A DNA stretch of 64,000 bases from the NCBI GenBank assembly GCA_002633005.1, contig NMRA01000013.1, positions 1,722,403-1,786,402 on the forward strand. Reading direction: 5' to 3'. Source of the DNA: Phoronis australis (lineage: Eukaryota; Animalia; Phoronida). Positions 50,896 through 64,000 of the stretch are shown one piece after another. Position 1 is the stretch's first letter; the number at the start of each line of letters is the position of its first letter. A model generated the notes under the pieces. It saw only the letters and a program-made list of their open reading frames with translations. It ran no database searches and had not been told where the DNA came from. The position numbers and the translations under genes are program-made.

Positions 50896-53027
50896 TGTTG
50901 TAGTGCTTTCAGTAGAACTACAATTTAATTACAAATTGTTTCTTTTCCTGAGTACACTTATACACACAGGTCTCCAGGAAGTCACTAGTAGATGCTTGCT
51001 TCAAATTTACATATTCACGGTTTTAATGAGACATAGCATCTTCTAACCCACATGTAAAATCTGTTGTGCTAAGTTACACTTTGTAGCCAAACCTGATTGA
51101 CTGGCCAGATGACTTGTTTCACAAACTGGAAATGTGAGATGTCAAGTAAGGTCACTTACTTTAAGTAACTCATTTGCATGTGTGCCACACACCAATCTCA
51201 TATTGCCCAGGCAGTTGTTCTCTGCATTTGTATAAAAACTGGTCAACGTTCAAAGTCGCAATAACCTATAACCTTTATCTTAGACATTTTGGTGTCCAGC
51301 GATTGGTCAGTCATCTCGGTACATCTACTTAAAAGTCTCAGGCAACACCTACCATTAGGTCAAGCCGCAATGGCAAACTTTAGACTGGACCTAATATTGG
51401 TTCTTCTTGTAATGGCCAAATAACTCTTCTCAATTCCTGACTTTGTGAAGTATAATTAGGAACACTAATATGCAATATTAACATAAAAAAAGGGTCCCAT
51501 CCAAAACATGAACCCAAGCCGTGGTTTTCAAAGATGGTTCTACATCAGAGCTTCAAAATGATTCCATATGTTCATTTTCGTCAAACAAAGTTTAGTCATG
51601 TTATTAATACCATTGTTTTGCTACCAATGTACCTTTCTTTTTTGCTAAATCTTACTAAACTTACACCGTCACGTGACCCAATCAACGACAGATTGGTAAC
51701 CCAAGTTATTCAGCCTTTTTATTTTGAGAAAGTACGGTATATACGTTTACAGAGCTAAAAATATTGTTTACTAGATATTTTGCTATATACACCAACACAG
51801 CGTTAAGATCCTGCATAACTTTAACTGAGACTTGACCATAAGAGTCTTTACCGTGGCAAACATCCGACTTATCAGGCTGTAGTGTTTTAGGGATATAACT
51901 TCTTCGTTTTTGCTTTTCGTTTCACAGTTCCTTGTGCCTTGTTGTTGACTTATCTGGACCTGATGGTACTGCTCAGATTTGGTTACCTATGAGGATTTCT
52001 ACCAGGTGTAAACTCAGGTAAAATCCCTACTGACTGAACCTCTATCAAAAGCACTGTCTTGTGGTTTCGACCATTCATTGCCATAAAATTATTCTCAACA
52101 TGTTCCTTACTCTAATTATAAGCTGTGTGCTTGTAAAGACATTTTGGATTATTGCTTGCAGCAAGAGAAAGTTGAGGGAGGCGAGACTAATATTGTTCAT
52201 TAGAGGTCTGACTGTGTGTAGTTCATGGCTCAAATCTCTTATTTTCATGCTTCATGAAGCATTCATTTCTCCAAGACAGTCAGCTGAGTCATAGCTGCTT
52301 ATGTCAACATTAAACCTTCCCTTCTTCTGTTGTAGGTCAAGTGTAGGTCATTTACATTTGCATGATTGACATAGATAAACTAATTACAAACTGTGTATTA
52401 TTCATGACTCTGCCAGCTCTGGCATCCCCATCCTAGGTCTTGTATTGATTCCTCTGTTCAACTAGAAACCAAGCAATCTGGGCATAACTCAAGATGTGTT
52501 GGGTTTGCTTCCACATTTTGAAGTATAGAAACTCTGTTGCCGATGTTTTATCTTGGGAGCTCAGGTTTCAGATGGATTGATATTGTGTGGATATCATAAA
52601 AATCTTTGAACCCTTTGAAGGGAGGTCAGCATATCAAATGCAAAATCGGGTTATGTAGTTAGATGTCAGGAATAATATTTTGTTAACTCATGTATGAATC
52701 AATTATTCAGTTCATACTCAATAAATGATAATTGTGTTTTCAAACTTTTCGGTGCAAGCACTCTGATTGTTATTCAAGGCAAGAAAATAGGAATGGTATT
52801 GATTGAGACTTGGAATAGTGTTCCCCCTGTGTGTATATATGCGTGTTGCTACGGTGTTTTTCAAAAGTTCCGAGCCAAGTTTAGAATTTTTTCCCCATGT
52901 TTGAAAAGCTAAGATTTTCTTACTGTACAAGGCAAATGATTACGTATTTCTTGCAGTGCTGTGTATTCTTTTGATGTAAACAAATTAATTGCATGCTTTG
53001 TGTCTTGTTAGTGGAGATATTTCTGTG

Positions 53028-53206
53028 AATTGACCTACCGCAAGCTCCGCCCCCTTGCGTAATGTCGATTAACAAGCAATAAGTTTTACTCGGTAACGGG
53101 TTGTTTGTCAGATAAAATGGCGGCTTGGAAATGAAGGTGTGTCAAGAACGATGAGTTCTAAATGGTCAGTTAAGCCGTCACTCAAAGTCCTGGCGATAGG
53201 TCAATT
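53028..53206. mobile_element. MITE-like element
   Basis: AATTGACCTACCGC...GCGATAGGTCAATT inverted termini around a CpG-richer core. Confidence 0.55.
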
Positions 53207-56200
53207 TGCAGAGCGAGATTAGAATACGTAAACGTGATAGGGTATTTGAATCGTGTTCGGATTTTTAGCCATGGAGAACTTTGAAGAAGCTTGGAATTTC
53301 ACCAGGTGGCGCCTGGGGAACTGAGTTATCCTAAACCTGTATGCTCTTGCCATTTTGCACACATGTAGGATAATAATAAAATAGACATGAGACTAAAGGA
53401 CTAAATTTACGTATTGGTATTTTCTCACCTGAACATGGCCAGATGTGGCTGAAACCAAACGTCTGTTAACCTCAAAGGTGAGTTGAGTGGCGTATATTTT
53501 GAGAACTAAAATTCCCTTGAGCACAGTTTTGTAGCGTTTTTGTTATAGTGTTTATATAGAAAATTTGGTTAATGTTGGTGAAAGGACTTTTCCATCAATG
53601 TACCTTTCAAAAAAAACAACATTTTTGCCAAAAATGCATGGTCACGTGACTACGAGAATGGTACAGTGTTTTGAATGAGAGTGTTAGATTTGTCTGGACT
53701 CTCTAGTTTCAAGAAATATATCCGTTCATGAATTGACAGCCACTAAACTTAGATATTTCAAGAAGAAGGCATTTTGATTATATGGGTACAGATAGGATGT
53801 TTTGATTGTATCACTTGATTATGGAAGTGTGGGTTTTTAGTCGAGCATGTTTGTTCAAAAGTGACAATTTGGGATGTGGGTGTTAAGTCATGCGTGGGCC
53901 TTAATTTGGATTTTGGAAGTGAGTGGTAGATTCATGGTTGATCATTGAACATTTCTTGAGTGTGCAAACATACGGGAGTCAGTAAAGGTAATTGTGTGAT
54001 TCACCTTTTGGACAAAGACACTAGTGTTCCCATTTTATCTATACCCTTATCTGGGTAATGGTCTGATATAAAGTCCTCGAATTTTGAGAACCAGTTTTCT
54101 CCATTGGATAACGGGCCTAAACTGGTTCTCGAAATAGGGCACCCACGTTATATCAGACTATTGCCCTTATCTGAGCCATTAGCCCTTGAAGAAAGTTAGT
54201 TCAAGTTATAATGGAAATGCTGAACATTTTCTTGTAATTTATTTGTGGTGGTTGGATGGGTGATCATAAAGTAAACTGAATTAAAACACTGCGGTTTGCG
54301 TGAATTGTGTCATTAGCAGTGTAATTTACTTCACGTAAAACAACCACAGTGACATTTTTCAAAAGATCAAAAAAAGCAAATTCTGATAACCGTCTTTGAT
54401 CTGGCAGTTGCCTGAATTGGCAATGAGATTTCTTAAGGCCTCTTTCAGTCCTGCCCAACCATGAGTTGTCAACATTTAGCCCAACTGGCAGTCTTTGAGC
54501 CAAAGTTTTTACGTGCATGTTTCTAAAGAGGACATCCTTTGACATGTGTTTACTTAGTCCTCAGCTGTGTTTTGTCAGGTTTGGGTCACATGAAAGAATT
54601 TCCCTTTTTAATATGTCTGTTGATAGAAGCAGCGAATTCCACCTGTTATTGTATTGGGCTCCTGAGAGATCCTCAGGATTGAAGTTAAGTGGACCATGCG
54701 GGTTGTACTAAACTGAACTAAAGATAGTTTACCATCAAGCCAACTATTTTCATTAATATGCTACAAAATAAAAGTTCTTGCTTCCGTATATTGCGATCTG
54801 TGTTGGAGAGAACGTGTTTTGGTAAAAATTGAGGTGCATTAGATAGAACGGTTGTGGAATGGGTCATCTTGGAAAAGAAGCGGGTTGCATTTGGCACATC
54901 TGTAAGACTTGTGTTATTTAACGTATCCGGTACATGCTTATCTTGAACTGAGTTCAATGAAAAATATGGATTTAAGATACGTTCAAGTGCGATTTTGACA
55001 TCAAAATGACTGTCACTTCTATCAGCTTGGATCTGAGAACGATTAAAAACCATACGCTTTGGGCTATTTACAAGACGTGTTGTGTGAAAATTTCATATGT
55101 CAATTGATTGTGAAATGCAACCTTCAGGGTGCAAACAGAGAAACAAAAAATAAACTTTATAGACAAGTAAGGTACTGGCTTTTGCCAAGTAATAAAAAGA
55201 TACTCGCACTTTTTGCGTTCTGGAGGCTCATATGGTCCCACTTTGGCGTTTTGTTCATTGAAGGGTGTTCTTGAAGCTATCTATTGAGGATGCAATTTGC
55301 GATCATTATCCCAGGCACACGGACCGCCAAACTCGGTTAATGGATAAAATGTAGAAATCGGCTTCGACAGCTGTGTACGTAATGGGTACTATACTAAATA
55401 TAATTTTGTCTGTAATGTGGTGTAATTGTTGTGAATTAAGAAACAATAAATATTACCCTGCTTATTTGTTCTGCAATTTATTGGCATCTCAAATCTTTTT
55501 GTAACAACAATTCTCAACTTTGACAGTGAGAGTAGCGACTTCCATTGTCTTCTGCTTTCTTCTCAAAATGACATGGACAAATGTACAAATCCTGTAAAAG
55601 ACTTTCTGTTTCAATTCCCTTTCTGCAATATAATCACTTAACCTGAGAAGCTGACGACTCCGTGACCTTGTATTTGGCATGCTTTATCGGAGTGAATCGT
55701 GTTTAGCGGTCCGTATGTCATGTTTCTACGTGAATGTGAGTCCGTGACCCGTTTATTTTGGGTGAATGAATCGTAGTATTCAAACAAAATGACCCATGAA
55801 TTTTCCCCCATGACTGTTGGGCGGAAGCCAAATTCCAAATTCCACATCAGAGTGGCCCACTGTCATGACAGAGAGTGAATGAGAATTAACACTACCGTTA
55901 TTTATTAGCAAGGTGACCTAATTAAGCCATTTCTTAATTAGTTTGTTTGCTTGGCAGAATTAGCCATGACGACGGAGAGGTGGTATTTTGTCTGAATGCT
56001 TTTGTCTTGTACTGTGGTATCATAGTATTGCTGCTATATCAGAAAACAGTTAAATACATTTTCCCTCAAGCCAGAAATAGTTTTTAACAATTGGTTTTGG
56101 CTTATGCTGAATAAAGAATGAAAAAACTCATGATATGTTGTGTGTAAACTTATTTTACCAGCTTTGCGTTTATGTTTAGGTAAAACTACCTTTAATGTTG

Positions 56201-59200
56201 TTTGTAAACTAAAATCAACTGATGCGAGTAAAGTACCTGGAACACTATAATGCACACATTTTATTTATGACGGGTTATTCTTGAAACCTGACAGTAATCA
56301 CAGGTTCACCTCACCAGTATTTGTTTTACAAATTTAAAGTGAGTCATCATTGTAACCAAGTTGTCCACCGCAGATGTCAAATTATGACACTCATGCTCCT
56401 TTATCTCAGATACACTTCATATTTAAAACCTGTAGCCACATCCTTGAGGTATTGTTACTAGCAGACGTGACTGAGATTTTTTTATGCACGGGGGTAGTAT
56501 TACCTGAGCAATTTTATTGATTTCGAGGTCGCACGAGGACAAAGGAGTTTTTAACCAACAAAGGAATGCCAGATGACTTTGTAATTAGGCGATATATGCT
56601 TGTTCTTTGTGCATCTCTGTGGAGTTATCCTTAAGGCAGATGGCAACTGTTTCTAAGTAGTGGATCATTTTTAATCTGCCGGAGATTTAAATCTCATTGA
56701 GCTCTGCAGTGCTGTATCTAATGTAATTCATGCCTTTTTTCTTGCCTACGAGTGCTGAGGCAGTTATCAAATATTTGGTAAGTTTCTTGTATTGGTATGG
56801 CATACCTGTAGGTTAAGTAAAAATAACCTCAGAATGTATGGTGATCATCTTCAGTTCAGCTTACACAATTGTATGGTACCTGTCTATATGCTGGTCATAT
56901 GGAGTTCCTTGTCAAATTTCACAACAAGAATTAATAATTACAGTAAATTTTACTCTTTGGGATTTGAAGTGCACTTCTGTCATCTAAGTGCCATGTATCT
57001 AGTGAACAGTTCGGTATTTATTCGTGTTCTCCACGACCGATTTCAACGTGTCAACTGACCTGTTTGGCGGCACTTGCAACACGTTTGAATGGCCTTCCGA
57101 CACGCTTTGAGTTTAAGTTGTGACCACTGCTAGTTTACTGCTTGTAAATGAACGTTTGTAAGCTGCCATCTGCTATCAAGTTTAAGCAAATGTTTTTCTG
57201 CACTATTGTGCGTTGCTGTTTAAGTACATCAGGTTAGAAGGCAGGTATACGAGTGTGCGGATAAAACGACTACAAAGAAATCTTCTATCACAAAAACTCA
57301 ACTTTTTATTGAGACCACTTACGGTTATGAAATTGGTCTCACAGTGTAACCTGAAAATTAACTTGTTGTGAAGAAATTTCAAAGCGGCAGTTCATCCCAC
57401 AGTCCAGAGGTCACTTCTAAACTAAGTATGGAACAAGAAAGTCCAATTTTATAACAGTAAGTAGTCTAACTCAAAACATGTTTTTTGACTGAAAGCACGG
57501 GTTTAATGCAGCTGCAAGCACATTGGTCATTACGGGGAATGTCAGCCTCTGCACCTTTGATAATGGCGTTCATGCACTTCCGACACCTTTAAGTTTTCAG
57601 TTGTGGAGAATATTCTTTTATTGTGCTGAAAAATGGAAGTGACAAATTTTGGCTATAATTTTAGCGAAATATCTGTTGAATAATTCCCGTAATAGGGCTA
57701 ATGCTCCAATGTGGTGATCTCACGAACTTTTACCGTAACATTTGTAAATCTCATCGTCCTTAACAAGGTAGGGGAGGTTCTGGTGTTCCATTAGACCTTG
57801 TTGAGGAGGTTGAGGTATTATGTCATGGGCCTCAGTCATTGCTGGTCCATGAAATGGTCTTCTCTTTAACATCTGAGTAGATTGAGAGAAGGAAGCAGTT
57901 TGTCTGCATCGTGGGAAGTGTTCATGGGATGAGGATCCCTCATTCTTTAAATGTATGCTACACTAACGCCACCTAGTGAATTTAGAGGTATCCCAGTCGC
58001 CACAAATATCTACCTATTCCCCTCCCCACTCCCGTCATCCTTATTTCCCGGTTGACACAATTTTTCAAGTTCTCCCAGCTATCCGCAACTCAAAGACTCC
58101 TCCTGGTCCACCTAATTGAATGGGCCCACAAGCTGTGTCACGTGGATCCTTTGCTGTGCATATATACGGTAGCTAATGGATAATTCGGCACTGGGTACAC
58201 GTACAAATTTGATGGTGGGCTAAATGCGGTTAACATTGGCAAAATGTAGATAGATAGTGTGTATACTTTGTAAGGCTGTCTCCTCACTTGCAAAAACAGC
58301 TTGTACCAACGTTAAAGAGGTTGTTGGATAAGATTTGTTTCTCATTATCTTACTAGTTGATGGGGTAAGTTCTGAGAGGAATACTTGTTAAAGGGGCGAC
58401 ACAACATGAGGATCTAAAATACTGATTGGTCTAGACTATATTACAGACCATATGTTATGGTTGCCTGCTGTACTGTTAGGCATTGATTTTGGTCTCAGTT
58501 TCAGTGCGTACGTTTGCTGCTACAATGCCAGTAGTAAGGAGATACCTATACTATAATTAATTGTATTTATTGCAAAATCTGTTCAGGTAAATTCCTCGAT
58601 GGTGTTTAAACACAAAATTTAAAAAACGGGTTTGGTGTTTAAAAAGTTGAAATGTTGAAAAGGTTGGAGTGGGTGTTCAGCTGAGCTGCCAATTCAGGTT
58701 ACCTAGAACTGCATATTTATGTCACCTCGTGTGAAATAATCGAGTTCACAAAGTATTCTTGTGCTTAATGAGGAAAATCCTTTGGATATATCCTGAGTGT
58801 ATAAATCAAGGATGAAATTTGAAAAGTGTGTGTTTAAGTGGGTGTTGAGCGGATGGTGGGTGCAAGCCCGCATGAAACTGGGTGTATTTGTATATTCACT
58901 AAGGTCTTTAAGCATGGGCTTTGGAGGAGTTTGGCAAAAGCATCTTTTGTATTGGTTCTGAGACACATCAGTAGTGCCCGTTTTCTACAGTTGGTGTGCC
59001 CATTAAAGATGCTGTGCTTTCAACCTGTTTTAAAGCAGTCTGCTGCATTTCACTGTTTTAGCTGGCTAGAATGAAAATTGATAATCTGTCTCATTATACT
59101 CCTTACAATGGCATGTATGATAGTTGCCCATTTCTGTTACCGACTAGAACATGAATACGAAAATGTTGAAACGATCATGGACGGAAGGAAATGCTTCGTG

Positions 59201-60517
59201 CTAACCTGAAAATAGACCATGTATGCATTGCTTCAGACTTGAATTGGTAATGGAAATAGAAACCTATGAATGTGAGGAGTGTTATGAGACCAATTTTATG
59301 AGAGCAAAATGCCTTGTTTGATCATCGTTTTCAGCCAGCTAACTTAAAGCATGACATCAGTTTTAACATGGACTGACGAAACTTTCAAGCGATGGTGTGA
59401 CCGAATTTGTTTTAGTGGGAAGGGGGCTGTTTCTGTTGACTCAGACTATGTGCAATTTGAAGTTTTGTTCACCCTGGGGGCTTTCTTGGCGTGTTCTTAC
59501 TTGCCCTTTCAGTTACCATGCAATGTTGTGGGATGGTGCACTCTTATGTTTTCCTACGACACCTGACCTACATACTTCTCAGGAAGTGGGTTGCGTGACT
59601 GTCCAGAAAACTGCTACTTCTTGTTTTGTTAGACTGTCTGTTCAGTGGTTTTGATTTCCTTTTGCTGACTAAGCATCTGAGGTCAGTTTCTCTGAAGCAT
59701 GCCTGGTATTTGATTAGGAGAGTTTGAAAGGGTCTATACATTTACCATTGCAGATGCATCCTCAAATATAGACCTCTCTTAAAAGCTTTGATAAACCCTG
59801 TTGCTGTTGGTCAATCATTAAAGCAGTGTTCATTTAGACCACTCTCTGATGTCAAAATGGTCTTTCATTCCTTTTAACTCAGACGAGAAATCACGTCTGG
59901 GCTTGGACAGAACGCTGTTCATTCGGGTGCTTAAAACCTGATGCACGGCACATGAAATGACACGCCATGACAAGCCAACTTGTCGCAAGCCTAATGACTC
60001 AAGCAATAATGTCTGAGCACACCGTTTCTTTCCAAGTGCAGACATTAACTCTAATTTGAGCAAGATACAATTAGAGATCAAATTCTCAATGGTAAGTCGT
60101 CTATAACAAAAGTTAGGAGTTTGACAGTTTACAGATACTTTAGAAAACTGTAAATCACTACCATTTATTTACCGCCAAAAAGATTTTTGAAAGATAATTG
60201 ATTTTCATCTTGTATGTATTACTAAATATTCACGTATTTATGGGCCTATGCGCCTGTTTTGGCCAACGAAAATTTTTTCTGCAATTGTGTGCCTTCCCAG
60301 TTCTTAGGGAGTATGTATCATACAAGGAAAACAAAAGAATTGAAAGAATGTAGGACATATGTAGTGCATTATGGGTAAATTAATTGTACGATTTTTTCCA
60401 GATGTGTTCGCAATTTAGAGATCAGGTCCTGGTGCTGATTGCTTTCCACTGCCTGACTCAAGACTCCACTCAAGGCTCAGGGTTGTAGTCTATAACAGTT
60501 TTCTATGTTTTTCAGAC

Positions 60518-62554
60518 ATGTCACAGGCTGGGCGACCAGTCAAGTGTGTTGTCGTTGGTGATGGTACCGTCGGTAAAACCTGCATGCTGATCTCATACAC
60601 GACCGACAGCTTCCCTGGTGAATATGTTCCTACTGTGTAAGTAAAGCAAGGAAATAGGTCAACTGTTTTTTGTTTTAAATTGCAGCAGTTATTTTGATGT
60701 GAGGAGATTTTGTCACCTTTTTGGAAGTATTGGACACAAAGTGGGCTATTTTTGTAAGATCTAGAAAACCAGTAATTGTTTACTTATTAAAGGAATTCTA
60801 TCATACTAATATTATGACGAACATAATCAAATTTTGCGTTTTTTCCTAGCTTTGACAACTACACAGCACCCCTTGTAGTGGACGGTATATCTGTGAACTT
60901 AGGGCTATGGGACACTGCTGGACAGGAGGACTATGACAGGTTGAGGCCGTTGTCATATCCTCAGGTAGGTGGCGCTTTTGTGACTAAGAAATTTATATCC
61001 CTCGTAATGTTTACCATCAGAGACAACCATTTACGGTGCTGATGGGACTAATAATTGGAAAATGAGACATTACGTAGAATTGTCGTGAGGACTTGACAGG
61101 GACCTCAGGGGTCTCACACTTCACCGTGACTGATTTATCCACATTATTTTGAAAACGCTTTAACTGGTCACGCATTGTGTGTCATAAAAGAAATAAGCAT
61201 ACCTGCAGCTGACGCAACAACTAGAACTACTCTCGTTTATCACATTGGTGTAGACTCACAGTTGAACTGTGTTTTTCTGTTGACCCCAGACCGTCCGGAG
61301 TTGCACCATGTACTAACTCCGGACGGTCTCTCACGACTGTATCGTTATGGTACTGGCATTAAGCTAAAGAAACAGGGTGTGGATATTCAGCTGCATGACT
61401 GAATTGAGCGGCCTCTAATTTGTGCGTTGATGTCAGCTCAGTTTCACATGTAAGGGAAAAGCATTCAGTGGAACGTTGGTCAGTGGGTATTTGCCCGGAT
61501 GAGAACAGTATCGTATTTTCAACAGCAGCTACTGGTTGCAATATCCTAAAACCTTTCTTAGAATACTGCATATCACAACGTGAGCTCTCAAAAACGGGGA
61601 AATAGTATACAACCAATTTTCAGTATTGATTTATTAGAACTTAGAATCTAATGCAAAGGTTTTGATGACTGGTGACTGAAGTGTGATTGGCTACCCATCT
61701 TTTTACATCCTGTTATGTCAATAATGGTGACTAATTAATTATCGTCAGACTGATAACGAATGTCACAATTTCACTATTGATTGCTTGTTAGGTTTGTGTT
61801 TGATAAAAAAATGATGTTAACAGGCTCTTAAAGCTATTCTATTGGCCGTTGTCTCGCAGCTAGTAAGATGAGTTGCAGAGCTGAGTCATAATATGTCGGA
61901 GCATTAAATGCCTAATGCCAAACCTCATTCACCACAAAAAGGGGGCAGGAATGATTTCATGCTCATGCCTTTAAATTCCAGCACTGATACTCAAACCCAA
62001 CTATAACACCTTAGCAGACGACAACTTGCAATACAAATCCTCAAATCCACCCCTAAATTCTCCGTACTCTGGCCAGTTCTGGGCACCAGACTCCAGTCCA
62101 GGTGAGCAATCTGGTGTCCAGTACTGGACTTTGGTCCGAAGGTATGGGAGCATTTTGACTGCATCTGAAGTGTAGGGGTGTGGTTCTGGGTGGTTGAAGG
62201 TGGTCTCTGCTAGGAGCTAGGGTTTAGAGGATCATAATCTAGAATTAAGAAGTGCAGCCATGGAATCTTTCTAATCCCCAATAAAAGTATTTTTGATATA
62301 ACGTCAAAGAATATCACTTGCCAAGAAGTGCTATAACAAGGTTCTAACAGAAGTTGTGACCTATATGACCTAGTTGGTACAGAGTTCAGATTGTGTTAGT
62401 GTAAAGGGCTTTAATCATGGCTTCATTGTCTTCCAGACGGATGTCTTCCTAGTGTGTTTTAGTGTTGTCAGTCCATCTTCCTACGAAAATATCTTCACAA
62501 AGTGGATCCCTGAGATACGGCACCACTGCCCAGACACTCCCATATTATTAATAG
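60518..62554 (+). CDS. Mtl: Rho-family small GTPase, Mig-2-like (Mtl; RhoG/Rac-related); first three coding exons, 3' end beyond the window
   Basis: Exons 60518-60636 [40 protein letters not shown]; 60850-60964 [38 protein letters not shown]; 62437-62554 [40 protein letters not shown]. The [17 protein letters not shown] motif is diagnostic of mig-2/Mtl (Rac and Cdc42 have GDGAVGKT). An acceptor TTTTCAG 2 nt before the ATG implies upstream non-coding exon(s). Confidence 0.93.
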
Positions 62555-64000
62555 GTAGGTGCTGTAGCCGTGAACAGCGTTTTGTTTTCATTCCACCATA
62601 GTGTGTTATGTCCAAATGTTGGTTAAATGAGATATGAATTGGTTTTAAGAAAGAGGTAGTTGATGGGAAGTCCTGGCTCAGATAAATGCCTATTATTCAG
62701 TGGAGAAAACTGGCTCTCAAAATGTAGATCCCACGTAAGTGACTACTGCTGTCCTTGGTGTTCTCGACTCTTCAGTCCCTCAATGTAAAGGACTTTTATA
62801 CTGTTATTTAGTCACGATGTGTCTGTCCCTATTATGACACGATTTGGACCCATAATTAGGTATGGTAGTGCACAGTTGCAACACATTGTCAATGATTTTT
62901 CAGGTCTTGAATATTTTCCCATTTAGTTATCCACAGGAGCGTTTTAGTTCTTCAACTTAATACGAAGTGTTTGTTTAGGTTGATCAGTATGGGCCGGAAA
63001 TAGTTGTACGTTCCCGGGGCTGTCAAAAACAATTTAAAATATACCAAACCTGATTTCGACCTATTAACAGATATGAAAACGACTTTCCCATCCAATTCTC
63101 TGAAACAAAATAATGTTCTGTTACCCGTGACAATCTTCAAGAATCTGGAACAAAATTTGAAAGTTCCATTCAAAGTAATCTGAACGGGAAAGCATGACCT
63201 ATACTTAAGGCAAGTTGCGCAACTGCAAGGAAAGACTACCCACTAAGAGCCATAACATCCAATCTTTGACACATAGAGCATCATTCCTTTATCATTCATG
63301 TGGGATGCCAATATTGTATTAGCAGGGTGATGTTTGGTTGAAATCACCAAAACAGGTTGTAAGTTTTCTTTTAGGGTTGATCAAGTCTGTGACCTTGTCA
63401 TGATTTTCAAAGTGGTTGGTAATTTAAAGTGCCTTGTAGAAACTAGCCTAATTATTATTTTTGATTTTGGTTGGACAGTTTCCATTGCAAGTGACATCAA
63501 ACTGGGACACAAAATCCAGGACCCTTGTTAATGACTAATTTCTAACCACTGCTACTCCCCCAGTAAGCCAATAACTGGCTCTTGATAAACCTGGGGCCAT
63601 CTATTGCCAAAAAATCGTGTTAGAGCTGGCTACATGAGCTAGACCATTGGTTTTGGTCATTACAAGACATCAACTGGTAAATAAATTGACAATGTATTCT
63701 TTGACTGTTGTGGGGAAATGAGAAAGTGTTTGTGCTGTTATGGAAACATCCAGCGAGCACAATTTTTCTATACAGGGTGAAAACCAAATTCATTTTATAC
63801 TCATCGCCTGTCCATGACTGCTGTGCCAGTATAATAAATAACTGAAGTTCTCACAGACTACGTGTTCTTGTTCTAAGGTTATTGAAAGCTGTAGCCATTT
63901 GACCAGTGTCTAGGGACATCCTAGCATTCTATTTAAGTTGAACTTTCAGAATTTTCCAAACTTCATAAGTATCTTCGGTCATTAAACTTGAAATAGTAAA

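Noticed and set aside
37400-60400. Numerous 60-110 aa ORFs in the ORF track
   Set aside because: No recognisable domains, many non-ATG starts and no consistent exon chain; consistent with intronic noise.

Overview
Eukaryotic (invertebrate animal) genomic DNA with spliceosomal introns, many transposon remnants and one assembly gap (25182-25717). The left half holds a minus-strand tandem cluster of secreted fibrinogen-related-domain genes (FReD/FREP/ficolin-like; signal peptide + short Cys-containing coiled coil + FBG domain). Gene B is complete (18667-29445, 6 exons, 287 aa). Gene A runs off the left edge (exons 217-5688). Between them lies an orphan, intact, strongly diverged duplicate of the terminal ligand-binding exon (11976-12232) that has its own acceptor and poly(A) signal. 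Gene A has a 7x42-bp in-frame array of duplicated splice acceptors. A Kolobok-type THAP element with TTAA target-site duplications, a decayed Academ(X)-type transposon and many MITEs are interspersed. The right half is a long CpG-poor stretch, probably 5'UTR intron(s), leading to the first three coding exons of a Mig-2-like (Mtl) Rho GTPase on the plus strand. The main candidate system is splice-level and duplication-level diversification of an innate-immune FBG lectin. All alignments were done by eye and identities are approximate.
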